Assembly (NCBI RefSeq): GCF_000150275.1
Contig: NW_002060945.1
Span: 1,616,199-1,680,198, forward strand
Length of the DNA: 64,000 bases
Direction: 5' to 3'
Source of the DNA: Trichoplax adhaerens
Taxonomy: Eukaryota; Animalia; Placozoa
Position numbers and translations under genes: made by a program. Shown in pieces: positions 33,854-46,377 of this stretch; within the stretch, counting starts at the first letter, position 1, and each line of letters begins with the position of its first letter. Under the pieces are notes generated by a model, which had not been told where the DNA came from, ran no database searches, and was given only the letters and a program-made list of their open reading frames with translations.

Positions 33854-36800
33854 ATGGCTGCAGGTTTGGTAGCGACCTTGCGGAAATCAGCAAGGATTTT
33901 AGGCAGTAAGTGTTGAGTTAGCAATAAGTGTGTCTATTCGTATAGCATTCTTATATCTGAACACGTTGTAGGCAATTTGTTGCAACTTGCAATCTCGTAA
34001 AAGCCACAGTAGAGTGCAGTCTTATTTCAACTTGTACAGGTTATGCAGAACGAGGTAGTATAGTAAGAGTTTGCCTGGAAGATTTCTTCATAGCTTGTAT
34101 TAACGTACGATTTCCTACTACAAATGGCTACTATTGTAGCTATAGCCAAGTACAGCTTTGCAGTGTGTATGAATTATATATGCAGTTTAAATAACACATG
34201 GTAGACCAGCACTTATGCTATGTATACGCGTATGTATTGGCATCTTAATTAATAGGGTCCTACAGCGATCAAGTTGGATATCATAGACTTAAAATTTGGT
34301 CGCAGGAAGCTGCTAAACAACCAAATCAAGCATCGACGGATCAAAGTCAAATTCGTATCAGATTACTGGATGGGCAGCATACATTCGGAACCAGTTACAT
34401 AACGACTCCTCTTGAGGTTGCTCAAGGTAAGATTCGTTTATCGATTACACAATTATGATAGTATACTAATGCATTTGAGACTCAAGTAACCGTTGCAATT
34501 GACCACCTATTAATCATCTTACCTTTATCGGGATAGCAATTTCAAAGCAGTTATCTAAAGAAGTTGTCGTTGCTGTTGTTGATAACTCAATCTGGGATCT
34601 ACAAGCTCCCTTAACTAATGATTGCAGCCTTAAATTATTAAAATTTCGCGATGATCCACTAGCAAAACAGGTAAAAGTATCACACTGTAAGATCGGTTGT
34701 TATGCGTACAATACGCTTAGGTAAATCACTGCAGTTTCGTATTTTGAGAAATTTAATCATATGAGTAGATTAAGACTGATTTTAGGATGCTATTGAGTTC
34801 ATATTGTTGACCTCGATCGTGTCTTCCATTCCTGCTAGGTATTTTGGCATTCATCATCGCATTTGTTAGGTTATGCGATGGAAAAGCTTTATGGTAGTGA
34901 GGTTCCAGTACAATTATGTAACGGTCCTCCACTAGAACAAGGTAATGTTTCTCTACCAGAGGTCTGATGTGTCTTTTTGAAAGAAATCATTTTTATTAAT
35001 CTAGTCTTTGTACATATAATGCTTATTTTACAGGTGGATTCTATTATGATGCCTATATGGGCGATAAAACTATAAAGCAGGCAAATGACTATTAATTTCC
35101 AATCTTGATTGAGATTTAAACTATAACGTGAACAGTTGTTGACATTAATGGTATTAACAGTACATAACTGTATGTAGGGGGACTTGAATAAGTTAGAAAA
35201 AATTGCTGTTGATCTCGTAAAAGAGAATCTTTCTTTTGAAAGAATTGAATTAACTATAAATGCTGCACTGGAAATGTTTCGATACAATCCGTAAGTTCTT
35301 AATTGCTGAGTAAATTTAGCGTTGTCTACAGTATACATTAAATTTTCGGCTAGGATTATACTTACCTCCAAAATTTGTGCCATAAAGGTATAAAATAGAG
35401 ATTATCAAGAAATTGGATCCTGGTGATACCATAACCGCATATAAGTGTGGAGATTTCATAGACCTATGTCGAGGGCCACATCTTCCTAGAACAGGAATGA
35501 TTAAGGCAATTGCTATGACAAAGGAATCCAGTGTGCACAAGAGTGGAGACACTAGTTCTGTAAGTAGACTGAATGCAAATTTCATGTTATACTCATGCAA
35601 CACTACAATCAAACTTATTCTGTAAGAGATCTAACCAATGTGATTTTTAGGCGCAACTGCAGCGCGTATATGGGATAGCGTTTCCGAAAAAAGATCTGGT
35701 ATTTTAAATCGTTTCTATCACGAACCAAAATTTTATTATTGCTAGTATTCACAGAACTTTTATTGTCGTTTCTTAACAGCTTAAGGATTGGCTTAAAATG
35801 CAACAAGAAGCTAAGGTTCTAGTAGTTATATTTCTATACGCTCTCTTTTACCATCATGTCTTACATCGATTCATTTTACGAATTGACTCGTTGCTATATT
35901 CTATTACAGGAGCGTGACCACCGTACCATTGGAAAAGACCAGAAACTGTTTTTCTTTAATCCTTTGAGGTAAAATTAAGTCTATGATTCTATGTGCATAC
36001 CAATTTTAGAATCATCAGGTAGATTACTTATCATTGGTTAAAAATATTTTCGGTTCGCAGCCCTGGTAATGCTTTTTTACTGCCACATGGATTGAGAATT
36101 ATAAATAAATTAAAAAATTTCTTAAAAGATGAATACAGGTAATGGGGAATTATGATATGAACTCACTTACAGTTAATGAAATACAGATCTGATTTGGAAT
36201 TACATTAACTTTGATATTGGTATAACTATCTTCTGAATAGGGTTCGCGGATACCACGAGGTATGCAATACTAGTAAGCGTAAGCTAATTCTCGTTTTCAC
36301 ATAAGTGCAATAATGCTGTCGTTTTATTGTGTGTATCTTTATATCAATTAATACTCCTAAGTTTTATCAACTCAAGCAAGGAACAAGAGTAGTGATGAAT
36401 TAAGATATCATTCTGGATCTTTAGGTAGAAACACCGTTAACTTTTAATCAAGAGCTTTGGGTGCAATCTGGTCATTGGGATCATTATAGTGACGACATGT
36501 TTCGGCTGCAATCTGATCCAGTACATTACTATATATACTACAGCTTGATATCAAATAGTTATAACATTCATAATTTGACTGATTTCTAAGTAGGTGAACA
36601 TTATATTGTGCAGGTCATTACTAAGTTTTATATTTAAATGATATTACTATAGCAAGATCATGAAAATCGGGGCTCAATTAGCCTTAAACCTATGAACTGT
36701 CCCGGACACTGTCTAATTTTCGGTAATGAGCGACATTCCTATCGTGATCTTCCAGTCCGATTAGCGGAATTTAGCGCTTTGCATAGGTAAGTGACACACA

Positions 36801-38653
36801 GTTAACGTCAACATGTGTATAATTCAGCATTCTATCGACTTTAGTAGCTTTACATTCATCTTGTAATGTTGTAATTACAGGCCTTTACAGAGGATTCAAG
36901 TATTTATGCTTTACTGACTATAATTGATATTCTTACTGTCAAATAATTAGAGATGAACCTTCAGGCTCGTTGGGTGGATTAACACGCTTACGTCAGTTTC
37001 ATCAAGACGATGCCCATATCTTTTGTACTAAAGATCAAATCGGGGAAGAAGTTCAGTAAGTTCGAGGGTTCAATATTAAGTAAGCTACGGATATCAATAT
37101 TTTTATTAACATACGACTATTGAACCTTACACGCACTAAAATAATAGGTTTATTGGACATGCAAATGTGTTCACTATTACTATCTGCTAAAGATTATTCT
37201 TTTCGATTATTTAGGGATTGTTTGGATTTAATCAATAAGGCGTATTCGATATTCGGTAATTAATTGAAAGTATTATTTCCTTCACACCTCTAGATACTTA
37301 TTTTTATTGTATTAATAGATTTTAATTATACGATGAAGCTATCAACTCGCCCGGAAGGATACCTTGGAGAAACTGCTGTTTGGGAAGAGGCTGTAAGATA
37401 GTGCTACAGATTATTTATTTTGCCAAAATTATAGATTTAATAATGCTCGTATTGCTCACTAAAAGCTGCTTAAATTCAAATGGTTGAAATGATTATTGCA
37501 TTAATTTTAGGAAAATCGACTAGTTAATATTTTGAATAGCACTGGAAAAGAATGGAGTGTAAACGATGGAGGTAAGTTATATCTCATGTTAACAGGAATA
37601 TAGCCTAGCTAGCTGTAAGTAACTTCGGCGGTAGTTATGACGTGATTACATTTAAATTTTCAATAGATGGTGCTTTTTATGGACCAAAAATTGATGTAAT
37701 GATTCAGGATGCTATTGGCAGGTTTGTTACTACATATTAACATTGATTGCGAGTGATCTGGTCGATGTAACTGTGACTGCTATAGTTTGCCTTGTTTTTA
37801 ATTTACAGAAGTCATCAAACTGCTACCATACAACTAGACTTTCAACTACCCAAACGTTTTAATCTGCAGTTTATGAGTTCGTACATGAAAATTTATTGTG
37901 AACATTATTCAATGATGTATAATGACCGTACGTTTAATCAATTTAATACAATATTGCTATTGATACTGACAGATTCATCTGGAGAGCTAGAACACCCCGT
38001 TATTATCCATCGTAGGTTTTCTATAGAATTATTTAAATTAGAACTAGAAGGAAAAGTTTTTACCTTACACTTCGTTAATTGTTAGATAATCTTATTTCTA
38101 TTAGGAGCCATTTTCGGCTCATTTGAAAGATTTTTGGGAATATTGATTGAACATACTGCGGGAAATTGGCCATTTTGGATAAGCCCGAGACAGGTTACTG
38201 TCATATAATGCCAAAATAAATTTTGCTACATTACATTCATTTCTCTTACTAACATTCTTTAAAATTTTCAGGTGTCTGTTTGCAGCGTTTCTGAGAGACA
38301 TAATGATTACGCAAGAGAAATCTGCGACAGCCTTAAGATTAACGGCTTATACGCTGATTTAGATATTACTGATGTAGTTCTTAATCGAAAAATTCGACTA
38401 TCGCGTTTAGCTGGTTATAATTACATTGCGGTCGTTGGCAAGGAGGAATTTGAAAGTAAGTAAAATTTTTTAATTTTTTCTTTTATCATGTGGTCCATAA
38501 TTAAGTAGGCTTCACCCTCGTTTTCTAATTCTAGGTAACACCATTAGTGTGCGAACAAGGACTGGCGATTTTTTACAAAGACAAAATTTATCAGATCTTT
38601 TGCAATTCTTTCGTAAACTTAATAGAGTAACTATGGACATACCAGAAGTTTAA
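33854..38653 (+). CDS. Threonyl-tRNA synthetase, probably mitochondrial, ~24 coding exons
   Basis: Presequence-like [21 protein letters not shown] (exons 33854-33905 and 34256-34426); TGS domain (TTPLEVA, WDLQAPL); editing domain [32 protein letters not shown]; catalytic [76 protein letters not shown]; anticodon-binding domain; stop at 38651-38653. The first exon is less certain than the rest. Confidence 0.92.
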
Positions 38654-39516
38654 TATTTATTCCTAGATTGCGACTTTTATTAATATGCAATACTTATTAA
38701 AAAATGACAGTAAATATCATGTATAAATAGCTACAATGAAAATTTGTTTTAATAAAATCGAAATAAAGAGATTACAGGACTTGAATGACTGACTACTGAT
38801 ATTACTGCTACTATCTTATTGATCCCAGGAATACGTTTCTGGTAATGCATACGATGTAGTTATGCTCTCTGCAATGTCAGCTACAGCGTTCTGGATGCTT
38901 GTGCTATATTTTAAATGTGAATTTGAAACAAGATTTTCTAAAGATTAGATCAGTCAGTTTGAATGCCGAAATACGGTTGTTGGCGGTAAAGCAAGACGTT
39001 ATCACAAAATCAGGAAGCTATGTTTCATAATGGCATTGTACATCAATCGCAATTAAAGCAATGGTGCTTTATGCAAATATTAAAAAAATGTATTTATATT
39101 AAAACTTTCTAGTATAGATTGTTGAAAAAATACGTAGTGAAAGTTTCGCTCAATTCACATAAAAAATTGCTTTTTGTTTAGTGAATTCACTAATTTTACT
39201 TAAACTCTGGGCTATTTGAGCCTTGAACGATCCGATTATGGAGTTAAAAGATATATATTGCAATTATAAAGCTACTACGGATAAAATCTAAAATAGCGCT
39301 CGTTAGGACTATCATCATTAAAGTAAATTTTATGAACAAGTAAAACAAAATCACATGGCGGTCACATTTCAGATAAATTCAGTTACTAGCCTTACCAGTT
39401 TTAGACTGATAGCTAGTTAACGAGCGCGAGTATGAAGTACCGTAGGCAAAAAGCTAAGTGTGTAAATACTATTTTACTTATTACATACTTGCATTTAATT
39501 ATATTATAATATCACA

Positions 39517-39533
39517 ATATATATATATATATA
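39517..39533. repeat. (AT)n microsatellite, ~8 units
   Basis: ATATATATATATATATA. Confidence 0.8.
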
Positions 39534-39967
39534 ATACATGAAATGTTAAATAGTCAGTTGAATTGTACTCTTTGCTGTAATGAATGTTGGTCAGATTGCG
39601 CTACAGGTTGGTAAAATGATCTTCTACTGAACTAATTCATGATAAAGACCCTTATTCTATTGATAGGCATAATCCAATCAATGACTTTATTGATATTACG
39701 CGATTGAATTTATTGTGTTTTAGACTGAAATTACCATTTATTTACAGTACTAAAAGACTAAGTCAGCGGTTCAATCGCATCTTATTACAAAGTAAATACG
39801 CTTACGTTTTTGTTACTATGGAATAAAAGAACTGTATTGGCATTCTATTGACGTTTATGAATTATGAATAATAATGTTAATTAATTATGAATAAAATTAT
39901 CATTGTTTAGAAGGCAATATTATAGTTGATAGTGGCCAAAGCTTAGAAATCACATCGGTAAAATATG

Positions 39968-39981
39968 ATTACCATAGCAAC
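39968..39981. promoter_or_regulatory. RFX X-box-like element upstream of the ciliary gene PPP1R32
   Basis: ATTACCATAGCAAC has a perfect ATAGCAAC half-site. It lies ~100 bp before a donor (TG|GTGAG, 40083) that could splice to the acceptor at 40991/40994 just before the ATG. Confidence 0.45.
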
Positions 39982-41023
39982 CGGCAGATCATCAACGCTA
40001 GCTCAATTCGAGTAACTTCATCAAGTTTGGCAAAATGAACTAATAGATTTCCTCCATTAAGGCAAAAATTGAGAAGAAATTGGTGAGCTTTAGTATTATT
40101 AACTAACTACCAATGATTTAAGTTTACGGTTAAGTTATACGATTATCGAAACTTCATTTCAATTCACATTAATACCATTTTAATCCATGATTTATACATA
40201 ATTAGTGTATCGCATTATAAAACGTTCATGGGTATATCAAATTTAATGGCAGAACGGTGTAGTATAATATGCGATCGAAGAGTATCATCATATCGACAAA
40301 ATTTCCAACGAATGTTGATATAAATGTCTTTATTTCGCTTAATATTTGAGATTTGTGTCATTGAGTCCATAACATATGACTGAAATTTATTATGGTATCA
40401 TAAATATCATTAGAGTAAGGGAAACGTCAAGTACCACAATAATATTAAGCATGCATTCGACAAATACTTAAAAGGTTGTTACGAAATTGTCTATAATTAC
40501 TACAAATTGCAATCTATCGTATGAGATATCTCACATACCCGTAGCGAAATCAAAGTTGATAGTGATTGTTTATTTGATCGAATATGCGCCAATATACTTG
40601 CAAGGCTACTTGAAGAATAAGAGTACTGTAAACAAAAATTTCGATATTTTATGTAACTAGGTTCTATCTGTATTTCTATATAATGAAGTGTAGTTCTGTC
40701 TAAACTAAATTTCTTACGTATGCTTTATAATAAGCAACTTGCGGCTATTATGGAGTTTATGGATCACGTAGTTTGCATTAAGGCAAAGGCAATAGGTTGA
40801 GGATAATTTTTACGGGAAGTTTAATGGGATTTGTATGGTCTCTCTTCCACATAATATTACTTTAAATATTAATCCATCAATAATTACTTCTGATGCGCTT
40901 TCTTAATAAGATTATTTAGTATAATCAATAAAATTTGTGTTTATAAATAACCACTTTTTTTAATTTATTGCAAAATCGAATATCAAAATAGCAGACATTA
41001 TAGTGTACGGCCTTTAGAGAACG

Positions 41024-44000
41024 ATGGGACGTTTGCCAGTTGGAAAGGCTACTGGTCATGTTTTGGCCAGTCAAAGTGCGGATATTGACTTAAATCGGTT
41101 CTACGTTACAGCTTATTCGACAAATTATAATAAAAAAGAATTCGAACCAAAACCTGGTCGACACATTGGGACTGGTTACGCTAGTAATCTAAGGTCTGCA
41201 ATAGGATATAGTAAAAAATTGGATGATGTTGACAATCCAGCTATGGGGTAAGATGGTTTCTATCCGTAATAAAATATATGTATATAAAATACAGTAATAT
41301 TACAAATTTATCATAAGACTTGGACGGGCTGATTTTTGAATACGTTTTTGAAATTAAGGCTATAAATGTTGTTTAAATATGATACTAATCGTTATACGGT
41401 TCATGATAGACAAATACTTGTGGATGCTTACGCCAGTGGAACATTATTAAGAGATTATAAGGGATCTGTTCTGGCTGATGGCAAAGAAGCATTACCTAGT
41501 ATCCATATGCAAACTTTGAGTGGTTTCGCGAAAGATATTCCAAAAACATTAACAGTCAGTAAAGAGGTAAAAGCATACTATAAGGGAAACAATAAACTAA
41601 ATGTTTCCTTCACAGTACCTGTCTTCCTAAAATGACAATTTCACTGTAACTTTATATTATCCTTGCTTTTAGGTTAAACAGTCATTCTTTGATACCGATG
41701 GATCTAGCAGTTTATTGCCTAAGCATCGAGCTCTCCTCTCAACACTCAAAAAGCATGATCCAATTCGCGATGAAAATGAGGGCTATGTAAATTATTTACG
41801 ATTGTTATTCTGTTACAAAACACAATCAATAATGTATAATTGCAATTTTGCTCGATTATTCATCTTACGGATAATTTCTTAGTTTAGTCTCAAACTGTTA
41901 TATTACATAAAAATATTTATGTGCATTAATGTTTCTGACTCGATTAAACTCAAAGGGCCCTGGTTACATGAAATCAGAAACCCTTGCCAAATTTCAGGGA
42001 CAATCTCTACGTAGAGGTATGAGCCGTGTAATAAAGAAAAAATGAGATAAACTCTATAAAATACAAAATTATTAGTAAATGTTTTGATAATTTATTGCTT
42101 TAAAATCTACTCTAAACTTTTTATATCTTACCGATGTGAACAGCTAATACGGCTGATAGTACTATCGGTCGTAAAGAATTATCTGGTTTCTCCAAAGCAT
42201 TTACGACGGAACCAATTACCTTTAGGGCATACACCGCTAAGGTAGCAAATACGAAACTTCCTACTGTATGTTATCTCGTAAATTAGGAACTAATTTAAAA
42301 TTCCAATCAATTTTCTAGCCAAATTATAGGCTACCTGATAGTGTAATGAGGCAAGATTTTTCAAGTATTAAGAATTTATCTGTAAGTTTTGGCTTAAAAT
42401 GGAAATATCCTCGTTGATACCAGACATTATCTGGCATATAGTGTTATATTCACTTGGAAATCTTGGGAAGCTAACAATAATAAGAAAATTTTCTTTAAGA
42501 TAAAAATTTATACTATTTTGTCTGCTTGATATTTATTAAAGATTTAGAATTAACAAATTGCACTTGGTTGTTAAAATTTTAACGAATTTGATGATGGTAA
42601 CTAAATATACGCGTGTTATTGCATATGTTAACGTTTCGTAGGGGAAAGAAACATTCCCATCTATTGCAAGCCGTGGTCGACGTTCAGATGGCTATACTGA
42701 AGGGACAACGACCAAGAACGTGTATTTGGAAAACAGTAATTTTCATGTAAGAGAATTAAATAACTGGACCAGTGTAGTGGTGATAAATAAAGAATTACTA
42801 ACAACGAGATGGATGTAGTTTTACCGAAGATTTACTGCTCGAGTACAATTTTAAAATGTAAAATTTTGAAGTGAAAATTACACTGTCATCTTTAATTGCT
42901 TGATAAATAGGGATTTACTGATCAAGAGGATCTCCATCCCAAAGTCAGAGACTATTTAAAAAAGAAGGATCCTCTAGAATACGTTAACATCACGAATCCT
43001 ACCAGGAATATAAAGTAAATGATGCAACTATTAAGGCTATTTTATGTTTAGCTTTCTTCGGTTTTTACTATATTTACGTGAAAACAGATTTACACAATAA
43101 TTTGTAGAATAGCTACAGTTGTGAAGATATATATTGTACTGCAATTAATGAGATTACAGTATACTTATATCTTAATTAGCATCGAATAATTGGACTGTAT
43201 AGTATTTGCGATGTTTAAAATGTCATCATGACATATATCCGATGAAAAAAATTTAAAGATAGTCGCTAACTGTTAAAGTCAATTCTTAAGGCTAAGCGCA
43301 GTATTTTTCCCCTGATATAAAATACCATAGTTTCCGAATACTTCTAATAAATATAGTAAATCGAAGCAAACTGGGGGAAAATCGTAGTATCTAATAGTTA
43401 GCCCTTCCACGTTATACTATACCTATCTTTTGCACAAAGTAAGATACGCTGTCATAGCATTTTTTCAATGGTATTGAGAAGTTTTCGTGACTCTTTTCTT
43501 CCAATTCGCTTGGCAGTTTGAACAAGATCCAATTTGATGGCAGATTGGTTCGAGACAAGTCTAATAGTGAAAAAATTGGTCTTGTTAAATATGGCAACAA
43601 GGTAATTAGTACCAACGTTAAGATGAAGTACATCCAAATATTTCACTTTTAATCAGTAATAATTTTATAAAGCTAATGATAAATAACAGAGTTATATCGT
43701 TTTAGGAACTATCTGGATTTACAACTAATAATATATCGAAAATTAACAATTTCGATAGAGCAAATGCCGCAGAGGGTTTTTTGACTACTTACAACGCCAA
43801 GTATATACTAGTTATAGTAGATAATTAATAAATAGCTAAAGTAATTGACAATGTTAACCTTTATTTGATTTATAATTATGATAATTCTCCAAGGTCTTTA
43901 AATTAACTTAATTAAGTAAAGTAATTAAATTTTGGTCTAGATGTGCATGTAATTTGTTTCCTAATCATTAATTTATATATTTATTTCATCGCATTAAAAT

Positions 44001-44350
44001 TTTTGCTAAGCCTTAAAGTTATTCCTTCTTAGGTTTAGGAACGTGAATTCAGGGAAAAATTTTTCGCAGAGATCTCCTGCCAATATTAATCCAGCAAAGC
44101 CTGATGGATACACCAAAAGCATCCAGGTTCACAAGAGTTCCGATACAACAGCTGCGCTTCGGAAGTTGAATCCTTATGTCGCAAGGTAATCTAATCGATA
44201 TTAAATTCAGAAACTATCGTTTGTTGCCTGTATTATTTCAGATTAATATTAATAGCTTTCTCATTTATCGAATATTGTTCTAGGAGTATCAAGCGTCGGG
44301 ATCCTTATTATGATGATCATGTCTATGATCATAAAATACGTAGAAAGTAA
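41024..44350 (+). CDS. PPP1R32: PPP1R32 / SAXO4 / IIIG9-like axonemal microtubule protein, 12 coding exons
   Basis: The N-terminus MGRLPVG..LNRFYVTAYSTNY.KKEFEPKPGRHIGTGYASN..DNPAMG resembles the remembered PPP1R32 N-terminus (MGKLPLG..LKFYATSY..FKPRVG.HVGTGYKSN..DNPARG). Internal repeats KELSGF, KHDP/KKDP, DGYT. Exons traced from 41024-41247 and 41410-41566 through 44284-44350 (TAA). Confidence 0.8.
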
Positions 44351-45479
44351 CAGACTTGCATCGTATTAAATTGTTATGCAATTATTTATATTGAGTTAAT
44401 TGCATTTGTTTCATAATGATATATCCTCTTGAATTATGTAATAGCGGTAAAGTATGTTATATTATGGTATTTAAACTACCTTAATGGCTAGCGTGAGATA
44501 AACCAATATCATTTAAGCTTGAGATATCAGGCTGATTCTATCATAAGTTCGTTTTTAATTTGCAACAATCTTAGTAATAGTGATGCTTACATAGAATTAC
44601 TATATTTTAAAGCTTCGACAGGCTCTTTACAAGTCTGGATTTCACGAGCTCTTAATGTGGCATACAATTGGGTCTTGTAGTTTTGCTAAAACATTAGCTG
44701 ATATGTAACAACAAGACTTTATCTCTATAATTATAAAAAGTGATATCAGTATCTCAACATATATTTAAAATATCTTATGCAAACGTTCAGTATCTTCAGT
44801 ACGGTGTAATTTGGTCTTCTTAAAACGATAATCAATCTTAATGTGGATTGAATAAATGAAAGATATTCATGAAAAATGTTTTGCCTACATAATATGTACG
44901 GGTAGTTTATCGTCCTAGAAAAGTTATCCTTGGTTGTCCATTTTTATGAAAGCAATAGCCAAAATAGCTCATGAACCAAGGCATTCTATAACCGTATTCA
45001 TTTAACAGCTAGCTAATCATAATTACTATCGTGATAATGGATTTGAGCTTCAGACAGTGCGATTGAGTAATAACTATATCATTAATATCATTTTGGTCAA
45101 AATGATCAATCGGATAGTATTCGTCTTGATTAACCGTAGTAAGGTTTACGAAATTGCTAATATTAAAGAGGGACGCTTAGTGGACAGATTACATAACTCG
45201 ATTCTAAATTTTACATCATGCAAAAGCATGCATTCAGAAGCTTTGTAGTATGCAATACGATGGAATTTGTTGTAACACAAATAACACTAAATACAATTTC
45301 GTTGAATAGAAGGAAAAGCCATCTTTAATTTTAGCAAAGAGCTGCTATACTATTTGATGTCTCGCAAACGTATGGGATGTTGTACGGACCATATAACAAT
45401 ATCAATGTCGGCTCCGGCTCCTTCGTTGTTCACTGACTAACAAGTAAAACATACTCTTAACGATAATAGCGAATCAACT

Positions 45480-46210
45480 AAACAGTTACGATACGAAACA
45501 TGTCAGCAATTATGTCAAATCTTTAGTAAAATTTCTGAAAAATTACTATTTATCAATAATCCTATTCCAGTTCGATGGTATGAAATTCTACAATTACTTC
45601 TAGAAGAAAGGGAAGAAAAGACGATAAAGAAGATACTTACTAAGGCAGAAGTTAAAGACTTGATATCCATACATCATTTAGCTGAAGACGGATAGAATAT
45701 AGATCATTTGTTATCATACTTGCATGATATCGGACAAATTGTCTATTGTGATAAGGACAAGATTTTAAGTAAAATGATAGTATCAGATATCGATTGGATG
45801 ATTGAGGTATTTTGTTCATTAATTCAAATTACACTTTTCAAATCTCCTCATACCGATGACTGGACAGATTGTGAGAAGATTAAGATTACTGGTAAAATAA
45901 GTGAACGATACATTCGACATGTTTGGTTTAAATTTAATCTAGATGACGATCATCGAAATGATGTATTATCTCTTAGGACTCATTACCATATACTATGTTC
46001 AGCAAGTGAATTGAAAGGAAATGATCATATCTATTTTATTCCATATCTTCTTCATACACAACCTAAGGGCGATGAATTATATCCATGGAATAGTGCAAAG
46101 TCGAAATGTATCTATTTAGAATTTGATTAGGAAGAGTTACCTAGTATTTCTGATATATTTCATTGTTTGATTCCACTATGTAGCAAAGTATTCATATCAA
46201 CGCAGCCGAA
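45480..46210 (+). pseudogene. Roco-family (Roc-COR) gene fragment, COR domain, with in-frame stops
   Basis: One frame reads ..KLLFINNPIPVRW..AEDG*NIDHLLSYLHDIGQIVY..LSKMIVSDIDWMIEVFCSLI..YFIPYLL..IYLEFD*EELPSISDIFHCLI. PIP.RW, L.YLHD.G.I.Y, D..W...F..LI and Y.IP.LL fit the COR pattern. TAG at 45693 and 46128. No Roc GTPase or kinase part was found nearby. Confidence 0.6.
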
Positions 46211-46377
46211 AACAGTCCCTATCAAAGTATCTGTAGAGACATAGATGAAAATGGTCCCTATCAAAGTGTGTGCAGATATAGACGAAAACGGCCCCTATCA
46301 AAGTGTCTGTAGAGACACGGACGGAAATGGCCGCAACCAAAGTGTCTGCAGAGACACAGACGAAAACGGTTCCTAAT
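46208..46377. repeat. 39-bp minisatellite, ~4.5 copies
   Basis: Unit approximately ACGAAAACGGTCCCTATCAAAGTGTCTGYAGAGACAYRG; one copy is 2 bp shorter. Confidence 0.9.

Noticed and set aside
33972-34054. Extra ThrRS exon within intron 1
   Set aside because: The 33972 acceptor gives a stop in the required phase. A 15-nt exon (34040-34054) would keep the frame but is not needed and has no support.
34889-35806. Minus-strand ORFs of 164, 98 and 63 aa
   Set aside because: They are antisense to ThrRS exons and introns and have no domain features.
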